Below, in pieces: positions 9,502-20,042 of a stretch of 64,000 bases of DNA. The translations under genes and the position numbers were made by a program. Position 1 is the stretch's first letter, and each line of letters opens with the position of its first letter. The stretch is from an uncultured delta proteobacterium (GTDB lineage Bacteria; Desulfobacterota; Desulfuromonadia; Desulfuromonadales; BM103), in contig CAVQRZ010000005.1 in NCBI GenBank assembly GCA_963715335.1, positions 1 to 64,000 of the forward strand. The letters are read 5' to 3'. Under the pieces are notes generated by a model. It saw nothing but the letters and a program-made list of their open reading frames with translations, had not been told where the DNA came from and did no database searches.

Positions 9502-11202
9502 TTAATCGTCAGCGATGGTACAGCGCAACACCTCTTCGAACGAGGTGATTTTTTCAACCATTTTGGTCAGTGCCGACTGACGCATCGTTTTGACTCCAAG
9601 ACGCATCGATTCACGCTTCAGTTCAGCCGTGTTGGCACCGGCCAGGATCAGTTCGCGGATTTCCTCGAACATCGGCATGACCTGGTAGTAGCCAACGCGT
9701 CCCTTGTAACCGGTATCGTTGCAGTTCGAGCACCCCTCGCCCTTGTAGCAGACTGTCTGATCAACCTGATCTTCAGGAATTCCGGCCTGGACCAGGGTTT
9801 CTTTGGGGATGTCTTCTTCAACCATGCACTCCTGGCAGATGCGCCGGCCAAGACGCTGTCCGGTAATCAGGTTGACCGCCGATGCGACCAGGAACGGTTC
9901 GATGCCCATGTTCAACAAGCGGTTGATCGTGCTCGGGGCATCGTTTGTATGCAGGGTAGAGAGGACGAGGTGTCCGGTCAAAGCAGCCTTGACACCGATT
10001 TCCGCGGTTTCGAAGTCGCGGATCTCACCGATCATGATGATATCCGGGTCCTGACGCAGGAAGGCGCGCAAAGCCGACGCAAAGTTGAGACCGATTTCCT
10101 CGTGCATCTGCACCTGGTTGATCCCGGCGAAGTTAAATTCTACCGGGTCTTCGGCAGTCGAAATATTTTCAGTCGGCTTATTCAGTTCGCTCAATGCAGA
10201 GTAGAGGGAAACCGTCTTGCCGGAACCGGTGGGCCCGGTGACCAGGACCATGCCGAAGGGCTTGTGGATCTGCTCCTTGAACCATTTCAGCGACTGTTGC
10301 TCGTAGCCGAGTTTGGTCATATCGAGCTGCAGGTTTGATTTATCAAGCAGTCGCAGGCAGATCTTCTCGCCAAACAGGGTCGGCAGGCAATTGACGCGGT
10401 AGTCCATGTCCTTGCCGCCAGGCAGTTTGATCTTGATGCGGCCGTCCTGCGGCAGGCGCCGCTCGGAGATGTCCATCTCCGACATGATCTTGATCCGCGA
10501 AGTCAGGGCGTTCTTCAATTTCATTGGCGGCTTCATCACTTCGTGGAGAACACCGTCAATGCGATAGCGCACCCGGAAAGACTTTTCGTAGGGTTCGACG
10601 TGAATATCGGAAGCCTTCTTCTTGATGGCATCCGTCAGAATCAGGTTGACCAGTTTGACAACCGGGGCATCTTCACTGGCCCTTGCCAGTTCGTTGGAAT
10701 CAACCTCTTCGCCTTCATCGACAACCTCGAGGTCAATATCATCGAGGTCGCCCATGACATCGTCGAAAGAAGCGCTCTGATCGTAATACTTATCGATCGC
10801 CGTCTTGATACTCGCTTCCGAAGTGACGACAACTTCGACGTTGTAGCCGGTCATAAACTTGATATCGTCAATGGCAAAAATATTGGAGGGGTCCGCCATG
10901 GCGACGATCAGGGTAGAGCCTGCACGATTAACCGGAATCAGCTGGTATTTCTGCACAACCCCGGTGGGTATCAGCTTGATGACGCTTTCATCTATTTCGA
11001 ATTCGTTGAGATTGATCGAGGGCACGCCATACTGGCGTGACAAGAAGGCGGCGAGATCCTCTTCTTTCAGGAAACCCAGTTTCGTCAGGCTGGCGCCCAG
11101 ACGACCACCGGTGGCTTTCTGTTCTTCGAGAGCCTTGGCAAGCTGTTTCTCGTCAATTAATTTATTGCGAACCAGTAGTTCGCCGAGCCGGTTAACTGCC
11201 AT
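9502..11202 (-). CDS. pilB: Pilus assembly ATPase PilB
   Basis: MshEN-type N-terminus RLGELLV..RLG, GPTGSGKT, LRQDPD, tetracysteine motif. Confidence 0.97.
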   Translation of the reverse strand: MAVNRLGELLVRNKLIDEKQLAKALEEQKATGGRLGASLTKLGFLKEEDLAAFLSRQYGVPSINLNEFEIDESVIKLIPTGVVQKYQLIPVNRAGSTLIVAMADPSNIFAIDDIKFMTGYNVEVVVTSEASIKTAIDKYYDQSASFDDVMGDLDDIDLEVVDEGEEVDSNELARASEDAPVVKLVNLILTDAIKKKASDIHVEPYEKSFRVRYRIDGVLHEVMKPPMKLKNALTSRIKIMSEMDISERRLPQDGRIKIKLPGGKDMDYRVNCLPTLFGEKICLRLLDKSNLQLDMTKLGYEQQSLKWFKEQIHKPFGMVLVTGPTGSGKTVSLYSALSELNKPTENISTAEDPVEFNFAGINQVQMHEEIGLNFASALRAFLRQDPDIIMIGEIRDFETAEIGVKAALTGHLVLSTLHTNDAPSTINRLLNMGIEPFLVASAVNLITGQRLGRRICQECMVEEDIPKETLVQAGIPEDQVDQTVCYKGEGCSNCNDTGYKGRVGYYQVMPMFEEIRELILAGANTAELKRESMRLGVKTMRQSALTKMVEKITSFEEVLRCTIADD

Positions 11203-11243
11203 AGAAAAGTGTCATCTCCCCCAAAACAAAATGTAATTTCCGC

Positions 11244-11273
11244 ATTCTAGCCAATGCGCCAGAGGACTGTCAA
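11244..11273 (-). promoter_or_regulatory. sigma70-type promoter for pilB
   Basis: TTGACA-18 bp-TAGAAT. Confidence 0.6.
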
Positions 11274-11313
11274 GCGAGATACCGTGTAACCATTTGGAAT
11301 CAAAGTTTAAATT

Positions 11314-12168
11314 TCAGCTTTTCAAGCCAAGGGCCCGGCCCATGACATGCGGCTGTGGAGCCATACCGAACCAGAGCCTGAATGCGACCTCGCCCTGACT
11401 GGCCAGCATCCCCAGGCCGTCGGCAGCGGTGAGCCCGGCCTGCCGAGCTTCCCGTATCAACGGTGTCGGTTCAGAAGCGTACACCAGATCGTATACTGCC
11501 CCGCCGGATCGGACGCACCCGGTTGCCGGAAAATCGAACGTATCTCCCTTTAAACCGACTGCAGTTGCGTTCACCAGCAGATCAACCGGCTCCGGGCAGG
11601 CAGCAGACAAAGATGACGACAGAGGAAATGAAGCAAGAGTCGTGCCTTTAAAATGTTCGGCCAGCTCCGTCATTAATGCCTGTGAACGTGCCTGGGTTCG
11701 GTTGGCAATGCCAATCCAGGCCGCACCGGACTGACAGAGCGCAACCAGGACGGCGCGACAGGCACCTCCGGCGCCCAGGAGCATGATCCTTCGACCCGAG
11801 ACTTCGACGCCAAGCTCCTGGTTCAGGGCATTCAACAGGCCCTGGCCATCCGTATTGTAGCCTTTGAGTCGCCCGTTGTTGTTGACGATGGTATTGATCG
11901 CACCGGTCAGCCGGGCATGCTCATCCAGTTCGTCGACCAGGTCACAGGCGGCCTCCTTGTGCGGGATGGTCAGGTTGACTCCGCGAATCCCCATGGCACG
12001 GATCCCGCGGACTGCGTCACATAACTGTTCCCTGGTGACATGAAACGGCACGTAGACCGCATTAAGGTTACCGGCCTGGATTGCCGCATTCTGCATTCTC
12101 GGGGACAACGTGTGTTGAATCGGGTCACCGAGGACGCCAAGCACCAAGGTCTTTCCTGTCAATTGCAT
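11314..12168 (-). CDS. aroE: Shikimate dehydrogenase
   Basis: GDPIQHTLSP, GVNLTIPHK, NTDG, GAGGA, DGLGML; start placed at MQLTGKT. Confidence 0.95.
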   Translation of the reverse strand: MQLTGKTLVLGVLGDPIQHTLSPRMQNAAIQAGNLNAVYVPFHVTREQLCDAVRGIRAMGIRGVNLTIPHKEAACDLVDELDEHARLTGAINTIVNNNGRLKGYNTDGQGLLNALNQELGVEVSGRRIMLLGAGGACRAVLVALCQSGAAWIGIANRTQARSQALMTELAEHFKGTTLASFPLSSSLSAACPEPVDLLVNATAVGLKGDTFDFPATGCVRSGGAVYDLVYASEPTPLIREARQAGLTAADGLGMLASQGEVAFRLWFGMAPQPHVMGRALGLKS

Positions 12169-12169
12169 C

Positions 12170-13159
12170 TCATGTTTCTCCGCATAGATTAGCGGGGTAA
12201 CCGCAATCAAGATATTCCCGATATTCGACCACACGAGCCACGCAGAGGAGTTCCCGGGCCAGGGCAACGTCTTTCAAAACAGCCGATTGCAGCGCTTCCA
12301 CCGTGGAAAAGCGCTGTTCGTCTCGCAACCGATCGACAAAATAGATCCGTAGACGCTCGCCATAAAGATCGCCCTTGAAATCGATCAGGTGAATTTCAAG
12401 GGTCGGCGAGCTGTTGTGAAAGGTCGGTCGACGACCGATATTGATGACCGCGTCAAAATACTTCTCGCGCCATTTTACTTTGACTGCGTAAACGCCGTCG
12501 CGCGGCAGGATCTCTTTTTCGGTGTCCAGATTGGCGGTTGGAAAACCAAGCTTACGCCCCCTGCCCTCACCGTGCACAACCTCGCCATCGAGGGTAAAAT
12601 TGCGCCCGAGGATCTTGACCGCGTCGGCAACCCGGCCTTCATTCAGGGCCTTTCGAATCATGGTTGAACTATGGGCCTGTTGCTCGGCACGGATCGGCTC
12701 GAGCACCTCAAGGGTAAAGCCATGAATTTTCGCCTGATCGGCCAGGAAAGTCGTATCACCCTGGCGATCCCGGCCGAAGGCGTAATCGTAACCGACGATC
12801 AGATGCCTGACACCCAGTTTGCCTACCAGAATCTCCCGGACAAAAGCCTCGGCCGGCATCTCGGCCAGCTGGTGATCAAAAGTCAGGACCACAAGCATGT
12901 CGATGCACGATGCGCCGAGTAGGCGGACCTTCTCTTCGGGGGTATTCAGCCGCAGAGGCGCTTTATCCGGAGCCAGGAAACGCAGCGGGTGCGGTTCAAA
13001 CGTCACCACGGCCGACGTCCCGTCCAGTTCGCGCGCCTTGTCGACGACTCTCCGGAAGATCTCGCGATGCCCGAGATGGACGCCGTCGAAGTTGCCTATC
13101 GTCAGGACAGTCCGAACCGGAGGCTCTCTTAATTTACTCAGATCCTTTATAACCTGCAT
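12170..13159 (-). CDS. ribF: Bifunctional riboflavin kinase/FAD synthetase
   Basis: GNFDGVHLGH, GRKLGFPTAN, NIGRRPT. Confidence 0.97.
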   Translation of the reverse strand: MQVIKDLSKLREPPVRTVLTIGNFDGVHLGHREIFRRVVDKARELDGTSAVVTFEPHPLRFLAPDKAPLRLNTPEEKVRLLGASCIDMLVVLTFDHQLAEMPAEAFVREILVGKLGVRHLIVGYDYAFGRDRQGDTTFLADQAKIHGFTLEVLEPIRAEQQAHSSTMIRKALNEGRVADAVKILGRNFTLDGEVVHGEGRGRKLGFPTANLDTEKEILPRDGVYAVKVKWREKYFDAVINIGRRPTFHNSSPTLEIHLIDFKGDLYGERLRIYFVDRLRDEQRFSTVEALQSAVLKDVALARELLCVARVVEYREYLDCGYPANLCGET

Positions 13160-13165
13160 AACAAT

Positions 13166-15364
13166 CTATCTGGCCTTGCGATTCGGGACCCGATCTCGCA
13201 GCCGCAGCTTTGCGCGTTTCGAAGCCCGCGTACCTTTGCCTGGCTTCTGCTCTTCAACCAGGCGAAAATCGATTTCGCGACGGTCCAGGTCGACCTTGTG
13301 CACACTGACCTGCAGAGGTGTGCCGATCGTGAACTCGCGTCGCCGGCTCGTGCCGATCAGGCGATGGCGGTCCTCCTCGTACTGGTAAAAATCGTCTTCC
13401 AGGCTGGAGACATGCACCAGTCCTTCGACAAAGATCTCCTGCAATTCGACGAAGAAGCCGAACGCCTGCACGGAGGTTATCATGCCGTGATATTTTTCGC
13501 CCACCTTATCTGCAACATACTGGCATTTTTTCAGGTTGACAATGTCACGTTCTGCCTCCATGGCCCGGCGTTCCGCAATGGAAGACCGGCTGGCAATCTC
13601 GTCTAAGGGAACGGCATCGTCGACCTTGCCTTTACTCCGACCGGGGAGCAGCCCTTTCAGGATGCGATGTACGGTAAGATCCGGATAACGGCGAATTGGC
13701 GAGGTAAAGTGACAGTAGTTATCCGCAGCCAGTCCGAAATGGCCGAGGTTGCTGGTCGAATAGTATGCCTGTGGCAGGCTGCGCAACAGGACGTGGTTGA
13801 TGACATACTCCTCGGGCTGGCCAGCAACCCGCTCGAGCAATTCCTGCAGGAGTTTCGGCGTCACTCCTGCCGCAGGAATCGATATCCCCTGGTTGAAATG
13901 TGCAATAAATTCCTGGAAAACTGCCATTTTGCCTTCGCCCGGCGCTTCGTGGACCCGGAACACCATCGGTTTGCGCTGCTGCACCAGCCAGAAGGCGACA
14001 GCCTCGTTAGCGGCCAGCATGAATTCCTCAATCAGGCGATGCGCCAGGTTGCGCTCCGCTCGGACGATATTCTCCGGCCTCCCCTGCAAATCGAGTTGAA
14101 CCTGGGTTTCCGGCAAGTCGAAGTCCAGGCTGCCACGCTGATGACGCAAGGCGACGCGGAGTTCGGCGAGCTCCCGCATAATCTCGAGGTCTTCGACCAC
14201 GCCCTGCAATGCACCACGAACCTCGGGATCTGATTCAACCAGGACAGCGGCAACCTCGGTATAGGTCAGGCGCGCCTGACTGTGAATCACCCCCTCGCAA
14301 AATCTTGTCCCGGTCCGCCGTCCCCGGGCATCAAAGTCAAGTTCGGCAGCCATTACCAGCCGGTCAACGTGCGGGTTGAGGGAACAGATACCGTTGCTCA
14401 GGGTTTCCGGCAACATAGGCAGGCAGGAGCCCGGGAAATAGACGCTGGTCCCGCGCGCCAGGGCCTCTTTGTCAATCGCACTGCCGGGGGCAACGTAATG
14501 GGCAACATCGGCAATCGCCACCGTCAGTCGATAACCCTCTGCCAACCTTTGGATGGCTACGGCGTCGTCGAAATCCTTGGCCGTCTCGCCGTCAATCGTC
14601 ATAAAGTTGAGGGAGCGCATGTCCTCGCGTCCGGCAAGATCGCTCTCCCTGACCTGCGAATCCACCTTGTCGGCCTCAGCCAGAACGGCGGTGGGAAATT
14701 CGTAGGGCAGATTAAACTGAATGGCTGCAATCCTGATTTCGACATCCGGATCAGCGGCGTTGCCGAGGACCTCCTTGATTTGTCCGACAGCACCGCGGGT
14801 ACGCCCCGGGTAACTCTCTATCTCGGCCAGCACCATCTGATCGTGGCTGGCAGTAACGTCACCCCCGGGCGGCACCAGCAGAGCGTCGCGAATACGCGGG
14901 TCCACGGGAAGGACAAAACCGACACCATGTTCCACCCGGTAGCGCCCGACGACGAGTTTGTGCGCTCTCTGCTCAACCTTGATTACGCGACCTTCAGGTC
15001 GACCGGAACGGATTGAGCGTTCCAGCCTTGCAACGACCAGGTCACCGTGCATCGCCGGCCGGATATGCCGTGCCGGGATAAAGACATCGTCGCGCCCCCC
15101 ATCTGCGGGCGAGACGAAACCGTACCCGTCCCGGTGCACACTGAGGCGGCCTACGACCAGGTTGAGCTTTCTCGGCAGGGCGAAACGGCCCCCTTTCAAC
15201 TGCACGAGAGAGCCTTCCTTGACCAGCGCTTTCAAGGTTTTACCGAGAGTTTTACGTTCACTGGCGCTCAGATCGAGGGTGTCCTGGATCTCCCCGAGGC
15301 TCAAGGGGCGGCTGGCATGCTGTCGTAGCAGGGCCAGGATGTCACTAAGGTCAAAATTACCCAT
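13166..15364 (-). CDS. rnr: Ribonuclease R
   Basis: HTH and CSD domains, TIDGETAKDFDDA, HFTSPIRRYPD, S1 domain, basic tail. Confidence 0.97.
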   Translation of the reverse strand: MGNFDLSDILALLRQHASRPLSLGEIQDTLDLSASERKTLGKTLKALVKEGSLVQLKGGRFALPRKLNLVVGRLSVHRDGYGFVSPADGGRDDVFIPARHIRPAMHGDLVVARLERSIRSGRPEGRVIKVEQRAHKLVVGRYRVEHGVGFVLPVDPRIRDALLVPPGGDVTASHDQMVLAEIESYPGRTRGAVGQIKEVLGNAADPDVEIRIAAIQFNLPYEFPTAVLAEADKVDSQVRESDLAGREDMRSLNFMTIDGETAKDFDDAVAIQRLAEGYRLTVAIADVAHYVAPGSAIDKEALARGTSVYFPGSCLPMLPETLSNGICSLNPHVDRLVMAAELDFDARGRRTGTRFCEGVIHSQARLTYTEVAAVLVESDPEVRGALQGVVEDLEIMRELAELRVALRHQRGSLDFDLPETQVQLDLQGRPENIVRAERNLAHRLIEEFMLAANEAVAFWLVQQRKPMVFRVHEAPGEGKMAVFQEFIAHFNQGISIPAAGVTPKLLQELLERVAGQPEEYVINHVLLRSLPQAYYSTSNLGHFGLAADNYCHFTSPIRRYPDLTVHRILKGLLPGRSKGKVDDAVPLDEIASRSSIAERRAMEAERDIVNLKKCQYVADKVGEKYHGMITSVQAFGFFVELQEIFVEGLVHVSSLEDDFYQYEEDRHRLIGTSRRREFTIGTPLQVSVHKVDLDRREIDFRLVEEQKPGKGTRASKRAKLRLRDRVPNRKAR

Positions 15365-15408
15365 ATCGTCTGATTACAATACCCTGAGGCCTTTCAGGCC
15401 CCTGAAAC

Positions 15409-15434
15409 AAAAACGCCCCCGCAAGCGGAGGCGT
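15409..15434 (-). terminator. Terminator of the ParM-like gene
   Basis: ACGCCTCCGC-TT-GCGGGGGCGT followed by TTTT on the minus strand. Confidence 0.75.
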
Positions 15435-15441
15435 GTGGGGA

Positions 15442-16497
15442 TTATTTTGTTGCCGTGGCTTCCGGGTCCTGTGGCGCATTGCCGCGAGCCCAGAGGTGCT
15501 GGCCGAACTTGCGATAACCGCGCACATTGTAGAGGCGCATATCCTGTTCAGGGTCGGTTTCAATAAAGACGCCGTTTAAGAGCGGTTTGAGGTGCTTTGC
15601 CAGGACTGAGCCACCCCCGCCGGTAATGATCATGGCATCAATATCCCAGTCATCGACCCAGAGCCGGTCGACTTCATTGGCTATCGACGTTGCCAGTTGA
15701 CTGAAGATCTGTTCGGTAAGGACTTTCAGATCGTATTCTTTCCCCCGGATCTTGATCGAACCGTTGTCAATCGCTTCGTAAAGCCGATAGAGTTCAACAT
15801 TGACGCCACTGCTTTCACGAAGCTTCGTGGCGATCACATTGAATGCCCTGGCGATCCCGGAATCAGTGGTACGGCTACCGCGTTCAGAGTAACGCATCTT
15901 GTCAGAAATTGTGTAATCGGAGGTGCGGAAACCGACATCGATGATACCGATTTTGTCCTTGACGAGACGCTTGTCGCCCATCTCGCCGAGATCATTGAGC
16001 ATCTGGTTAAAAAGAGAACCGAACGGCTGTGGCACAACCCTGACCTTGTTGATGCTGATTGACTTCTCTTCCCTTTTTCCGGAGGCATCAACCAGTGTGA
16101 CCTTGTGTTCACCAATCAGCAGCTTGGCCAGTTCGTCCTTGAATTCGCGGTAATAACCGATCGGCAGCCCGGTTACCAGGTTGATCGGCACAAACCCTTT
16201 GACCAGCTGTGCGGCCGCCGCCAGGGCAAAGACCTTGGCAAACTTGCTGATAAACTGCCCCTGGTCGAGGGTAAAGAAACGTACATTGCTCTGGCGTTCG
16301 GCCAGCTCACCAACAAAGTACGACTTGCCGTCAATTTCAACCTGCAGGTGGTTCTCGTCAACACCACCCGCGGCAATCATTTCTTCTCTGAACTGGATAT
16401 CGGTCGCCTCACCGAGGACAGATTTGAAAACCAGATCCCGTTTACCATCAGTCGCCTTGGTAAACCCAAAACCGATATCTATTCCCAGGATTTCCAC
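15442..16497 (-). CDS. ParM/StbA-family actin-like ATPase
   Basis: GIDIGFGFTK, VTGLP, VVPQP, IIDVGFRTSD and ITGGG actin-fold motifs. Confidence 0.88.
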   Translation of the reverse strand: MEILGIDIGFGFTKATDGKRDLVFKSVLGEATDIQFREEMIAAGGVDENHLQVEIDGKSYFVGELAERQSNVRFFTLDQGQFISKFAKVFALAAAAQLVKGFVPINLVTGLPIGYYREFKDELAKLLIGEHKVTLVDASGKREEKSISINKVRVVPQPFGSLFNQMLNDLGEMGDKRLVKDKIGIIDVGFRTSDYTISDKMRYSERGSRTTDSGIARAFNVIATKLRESSGVNVELYRLYEAIDNGSIKIRGKEYDLKVLTEQIFSQLATSIANEVDRLWVDDWDIDAMIITGGGGSVLAKHLKPLLNGVFIETDPEQDMRLYNVRGYRKFGQHLWARGNAPQDPEATATK

Positions 16498-16573
16498 TCA
16501 TTCCTCCTTGATTTCAGATGCAGCGTCTTGCAAAGGGGTCACGACCCCATGAAGTGTTGTCAGAAGTTTATCA

Positions 16574-16602
16574 ACTATAGGGAATCACATGTCGTGTTGC
16601 AA
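16574..16602 (-). promoter_or_regulatory. sigma70-type promoter of the ParM-like gene
   Basis: TTGCAA-17 bp-TATAGT. Confidence 0.6.
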
Positions 16603-16622
16603 GGGATAATGCCGCCGACAAA

Positions 16623-17270
16623 CTAAACTTTGCGGACAAAAATCTCTCTTGCCAGTTCCTCATCAACGGCAAATTCTGAATGGCCGACCTTGAAGATATA
16701 GGACGGGAAGGTTCGGGTCACCTCAAGGTCGCTTCCGGGCAGGACGCCCATGCTCATCAGTTTCTGCATTTTGCCGGCATCCGTTGCTGAGAGGTAAGCA
16801 ATTTCACCCCGTTCTCCGGCCTTGAGCTCAGTAAGAGCCACGACTCCGACATCACCTTCCTGGCGGGCCTGCTCACAGCAGGTTCCGGGGGGGATCGGTT
16901 TACCGTGCGGGCAGGTGGTTGGATGGTTCAGCAGGGTGCAGATCTTGGTGTCGACGCCATGATGCAGTAAATGCTCAAATTCACAGGCCCGTTCATCACC
17001 ACTTACCCCTTTGATATCGAGGATATCCATCATCAGGCGCTCTGCCAGTCGATGCCTTCGCACCGTCATACGGGCCTCGGTGCGGCCTTCCTTGCGCAGG
17101 TGAACACGCTCGCCACGAACCTCGACGTAAGCCAGACCGACCAGTTCGGCGAGGGCTTCGTCGTTCTGGTCAATCCGCAGGAGTTCAAAATGGGCCGCGG
17201 TTTCCCCTTTCTCCTCAGTGGCAATCCACAAGGACTCGAGGATCTCTTCCGCCTTCGGCGAAACTTTCAT
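16623..17270 (-). CDS. ideR: DtxR/IdeR-family metal-dependent regulator with C-terminal FeoA domain
   Basis: RRHRLAERLM, ACEFEH, CPHGKPIP, FeoA-like KLMSMGVLPG. Confidence 0.88.
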   Translation of the reverse strand: MKVSPKAEEILESLWIATEEKGETAAHFELLRIDQNDEALAELVGLAYVEVRGERVHLRKEGRTEARMTVRRHRLAERLMMDILDIKGVSGDERACEFEHLLHHGVDTKICTLLNHPTTCPHGKPIPPGTCCEQARQEGDVGVVALTELKAGERGEIAYLSATDAGKMQKLMSMGVLPGSDLEVTRTFPSYIFKVGHSEFAVDEELAREIFVRKV

Positions 17271-17458
17271 TCCGTACTTCCTTTCTTATCCACAGGTTTA
17301 TCACGTTTTATGAATTTTTCGAACAACTCGGGGACCGCCGGGTTCTCCTGACCGCAGTAGGGGCAATGGATTTTCCGGCAACCTCCCAGGCAGGCACCGC
17401 AACCCTTTTCCCGGAGCATGTCCGAGGTCAGCTCATGATCACAGAAAGTACATTTCAC
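17267..17458 (-). CDS. Small 7-Cys metal-binding protein (63 aa), translationally coupled to feoB and ideR
   Basis: GTG start overlaps the feoB stop (GTGA) and its stop overlaps the ideR start; MKCTFC...CGACLGGC...CPYC. Confidence 0.75.
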   Translation of the reverse strand: MKCTFCDHELTSDMLREKGCGACLGGCRKIHCPYCGQENPAVPELFEKFIKRDKPVDKKGSTE

Positions 17459-19411
17459 GACAGTATTCCTGTTACCAGCAAGACCTTGTTGAGTGACCAG
17501 CCAACCCCGAAGGCCAGGCCGGTCACAATGAAGAAAATCTGCAAAGAGGTCTTCCAGCCACGCTCCTTCTGCATCACCAGGAATTGCGCAACACACGGCA
17601 CGAACAGCGTGAGGGTTACGGCAGCAACCGTTAGCTGAACCGGATCGAGCAAGCCGTCTGTCTGCAGATCATAAAGCCCTGCCGCACCGAAATCACGGCG
17701 GAAAAACCCCAGGATGAAAGCCGCGGAAGCCTCCATAGGCAAACCGAGCATGCGCATGACCGGGTTCAAGGCATCGACCAGCCATGCCATCGCACCGGTG
17801 AGTTTGCCCGCCCAGAGCAGGACTGATGCGATCATGAAAAGCGGGAAGATCTCCAGGAAATACCACTGCATACGGGTCAATGTCTTGATGAGAACGTTCT
17901 GCATTTGCGGCAGACGCATCGGCGGGATTTCCATGTAGAACATCGGTCGCTCGCCCGGCACAATCTGGGCTGCCAGTAAGCCGACGACCAGGAAGATCCC
18001 GACCAGCGTACCGAGCCAGACCAGTAGAGCGCCGGGCACACCAGAAAGCAGTCCGAGGATGACCCCCATCTGAGCGCTGCATGGGATCGCCAGGGCCAGC
18101 AGAAGGGTCGCAATGATTCGCTCACGGGTCGATTCCAGGGTCCGGGTCACCACGGTTGCCATGGTATCGCAGCCGAAACCAAGGACCATCGGGATCACAG
18201 CCCGGCCATTCAGGCCAATATTTTTGAAAACCCGGTCAACCAGCATTGCCAGACGAGGGAAGTAGCCACTGTCCTCAATGACAGCAAAAGCGATAAAGAA
18301 GGTACCGACGATTGGCAGGATAATGGCGACAGCATATCGAACCCCCAAGGTGAAAAGTCCGTATTCACCGACCAGCAGTTCCTTCAACCAGTACCAGGGG
18401 ATATAACGCTTCGCACAGCCCGATCACCCACGGGTTGAGGTACTCTTCGAAAATCGTCCCTTCCAGAAAGTCAACGATGGTTCCGGCCCCGAAACCGCCG
18501 ACAAACTGGTAGAGGCCGAAGTAAAGGACGAGCAGCAAGAGGGGGACGCCGGTCCAGGGGTTCATCGTCCAGCGGGAAAGCCGCTCGGCAAAGCCGGGAC
18601 GGCCTCCTTCCTGTTGCGTCACAACGCCATCCAGCAACCCTTTACAGATCCGCTTGCGTTCCAGGCTGATCCGCAGGTGCAGATCGACACGCCTGGCGAA
18701 AACGATATCATTCACGACACTTTCGACACTGGCGTACTGATCACCTTCCCGATCCCGAATCCGCTGCGCAATCTCTTCATCGCGCTGCAGAAGCAGCAAG
18801 GTCAGGCAGCGTTTGTCCAGTATATATTCTCCCCGCATCAGGGCGCTGACCGCCTTGATATCTTTTTCGAGATCCGAGGCATAGGCAAACGTCGCCTGGC
18901 GCGGCAGATAATCCCTGATCGCATCGCGCAGCGCCCAGAGCCCCCTTTTCGCCCGACCGAGGGCCCCGCCAACCACCGGGACCTGCAGTTTTTCCTGCAG
19001 CAACGGGATATCAATCTGCATATTGATGCGCTCTGCCTCATCCATGATATTGACCAGCAACATCACGGGCAACCCGGCCTCAATCAGCTGCAGTGTCATC
19101 GGCAGCATCCGCTCGAGGTTGCGGGCATCGACCACGTGCAGCACAAGATGCGGCGACTCCTCCAGCAGAATCCGCCTGGCGACACTTTCTTCCTCGGTGA
19201 TCGGCAGCAGCGAGTACATCCCTGGGGTATCCAGGACTGTGTAATCCTCGGCTCCGATCTGGCAGTGCCCACGCGACACTTCGACAGAGGTTCCCGGATA
19301 ATTCGAGACGGTTGTATAGCTCCCGGTCAAGGTGTTGAAAACCACGCTTTTGCCAACGTTCGGGTTGCCAACCAGGATGATCTTCTTTTCAGCCTGCTGC
19401 TCTTTCTGCAT
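17455..19411 (-). CDS. feoB: Ferrous iron transporter FeoB, split by one apparent frameshift near 18410
   Basis: GNPNVGKS, NYPGT and DTPG G-domain in 18365..19411; EDSGY, GFGC and gate domains in 17455..18387. Removing one base gives continuous ...CERYIPWYWLKELL... Confidence 0.93.
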
Positions 19412-19478
19412 AACTGTAGGGACTACCTTCCTGCTTGTTATAGTGGCTTAGGGTTAGGATTGATTTGTGAAAAAATGA

Positions 19479-19910
19479 TTAACGACAGGATTCGCAGCAG
19501 CCGTAAAGCTCGAGTCTATGCCGTTCAATGGAAAAACCGTGTTGCCTGGCGACTTCTTCCTGAAGCTGTTCTATGCGCGGGTCTTCGAATTCAACTATCT
19601 TGCCGCAGGTCACGCAGATCAGATGGTCATGATGCTCATCAAGGTCGCTGGGTTCATAACGGGCCTGTCCATCACCGAAATGACGCTGCTCGGCAATCCC
19701 GCATTCAGCAAACAGCTTCAACGTCCTGTGAATGGTGGCGTAACCGATGCGGGGATTTTTCCTGCGCAAGCGCAGGTAAAGCTCTTCGGTAGAGAGATGT
19801 GAGCCCGCACGCAGAAATTCCTCGAGAATGGCCTCCCGCTGGCGGGTCGACTTCAGCCCCCGGCTCAAGATGTATTCTCTGAACTTGTCTTTTGTCTTTG
19901 CGCTACCCAT
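19479..19910 (-). CDS. fur: Ferric uptake regulator
   Basis: GLKSTRQR, ATIHRTL, HHDHLICVTC, C-terminal CxxC. Confidence 0.95.
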   Translation of the reverse strand: MGSAKTKDKFREYILSRGLKSTRQREAILEEFLRAGSHLSTEELYLRLRRKNPRIGYATIHRTLKLFAECGIAEQRHFGDGQARYEPSDLDEHHDHLICVTCGKIVEFEDPRIEQLQEEVARQHGFSIERHRLELYGCCESCR

Positions 19911-19919
19911 AGAGCATCC

Positions 19920-19966
19920 AATTGAAAACGGATTTCAATTTAATTTAGCTGTGCGACGGATGTCAA
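19920..19966 (-). promoter_or_regulatory. fur operon promoter with overlapping Fur-box-like palindrome
   Basis: TTGACA (19966-19961), -10 TTAAAT/TAAATT; palindrome AATTGAAA-ACGGA-TTTCAATT at 19920-19940. Confidence 0.8.
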
Positions 19967-20042
19967 GGAATTTGCGAAAAGGAATGTATGCTTGGGCAAA
20001 GAGAGGATGACGGGGTCCTGTCACGCCCCGTGCCCGACAGGT

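Noticed and set aside
18365..18420. feoB as a naturally split or programmed-frameshift gene
   Set aside because: No slippery heptamer or RBS for the downstream part; one-base removal restores a normal FeoB, matching the error pattern elsewhere.
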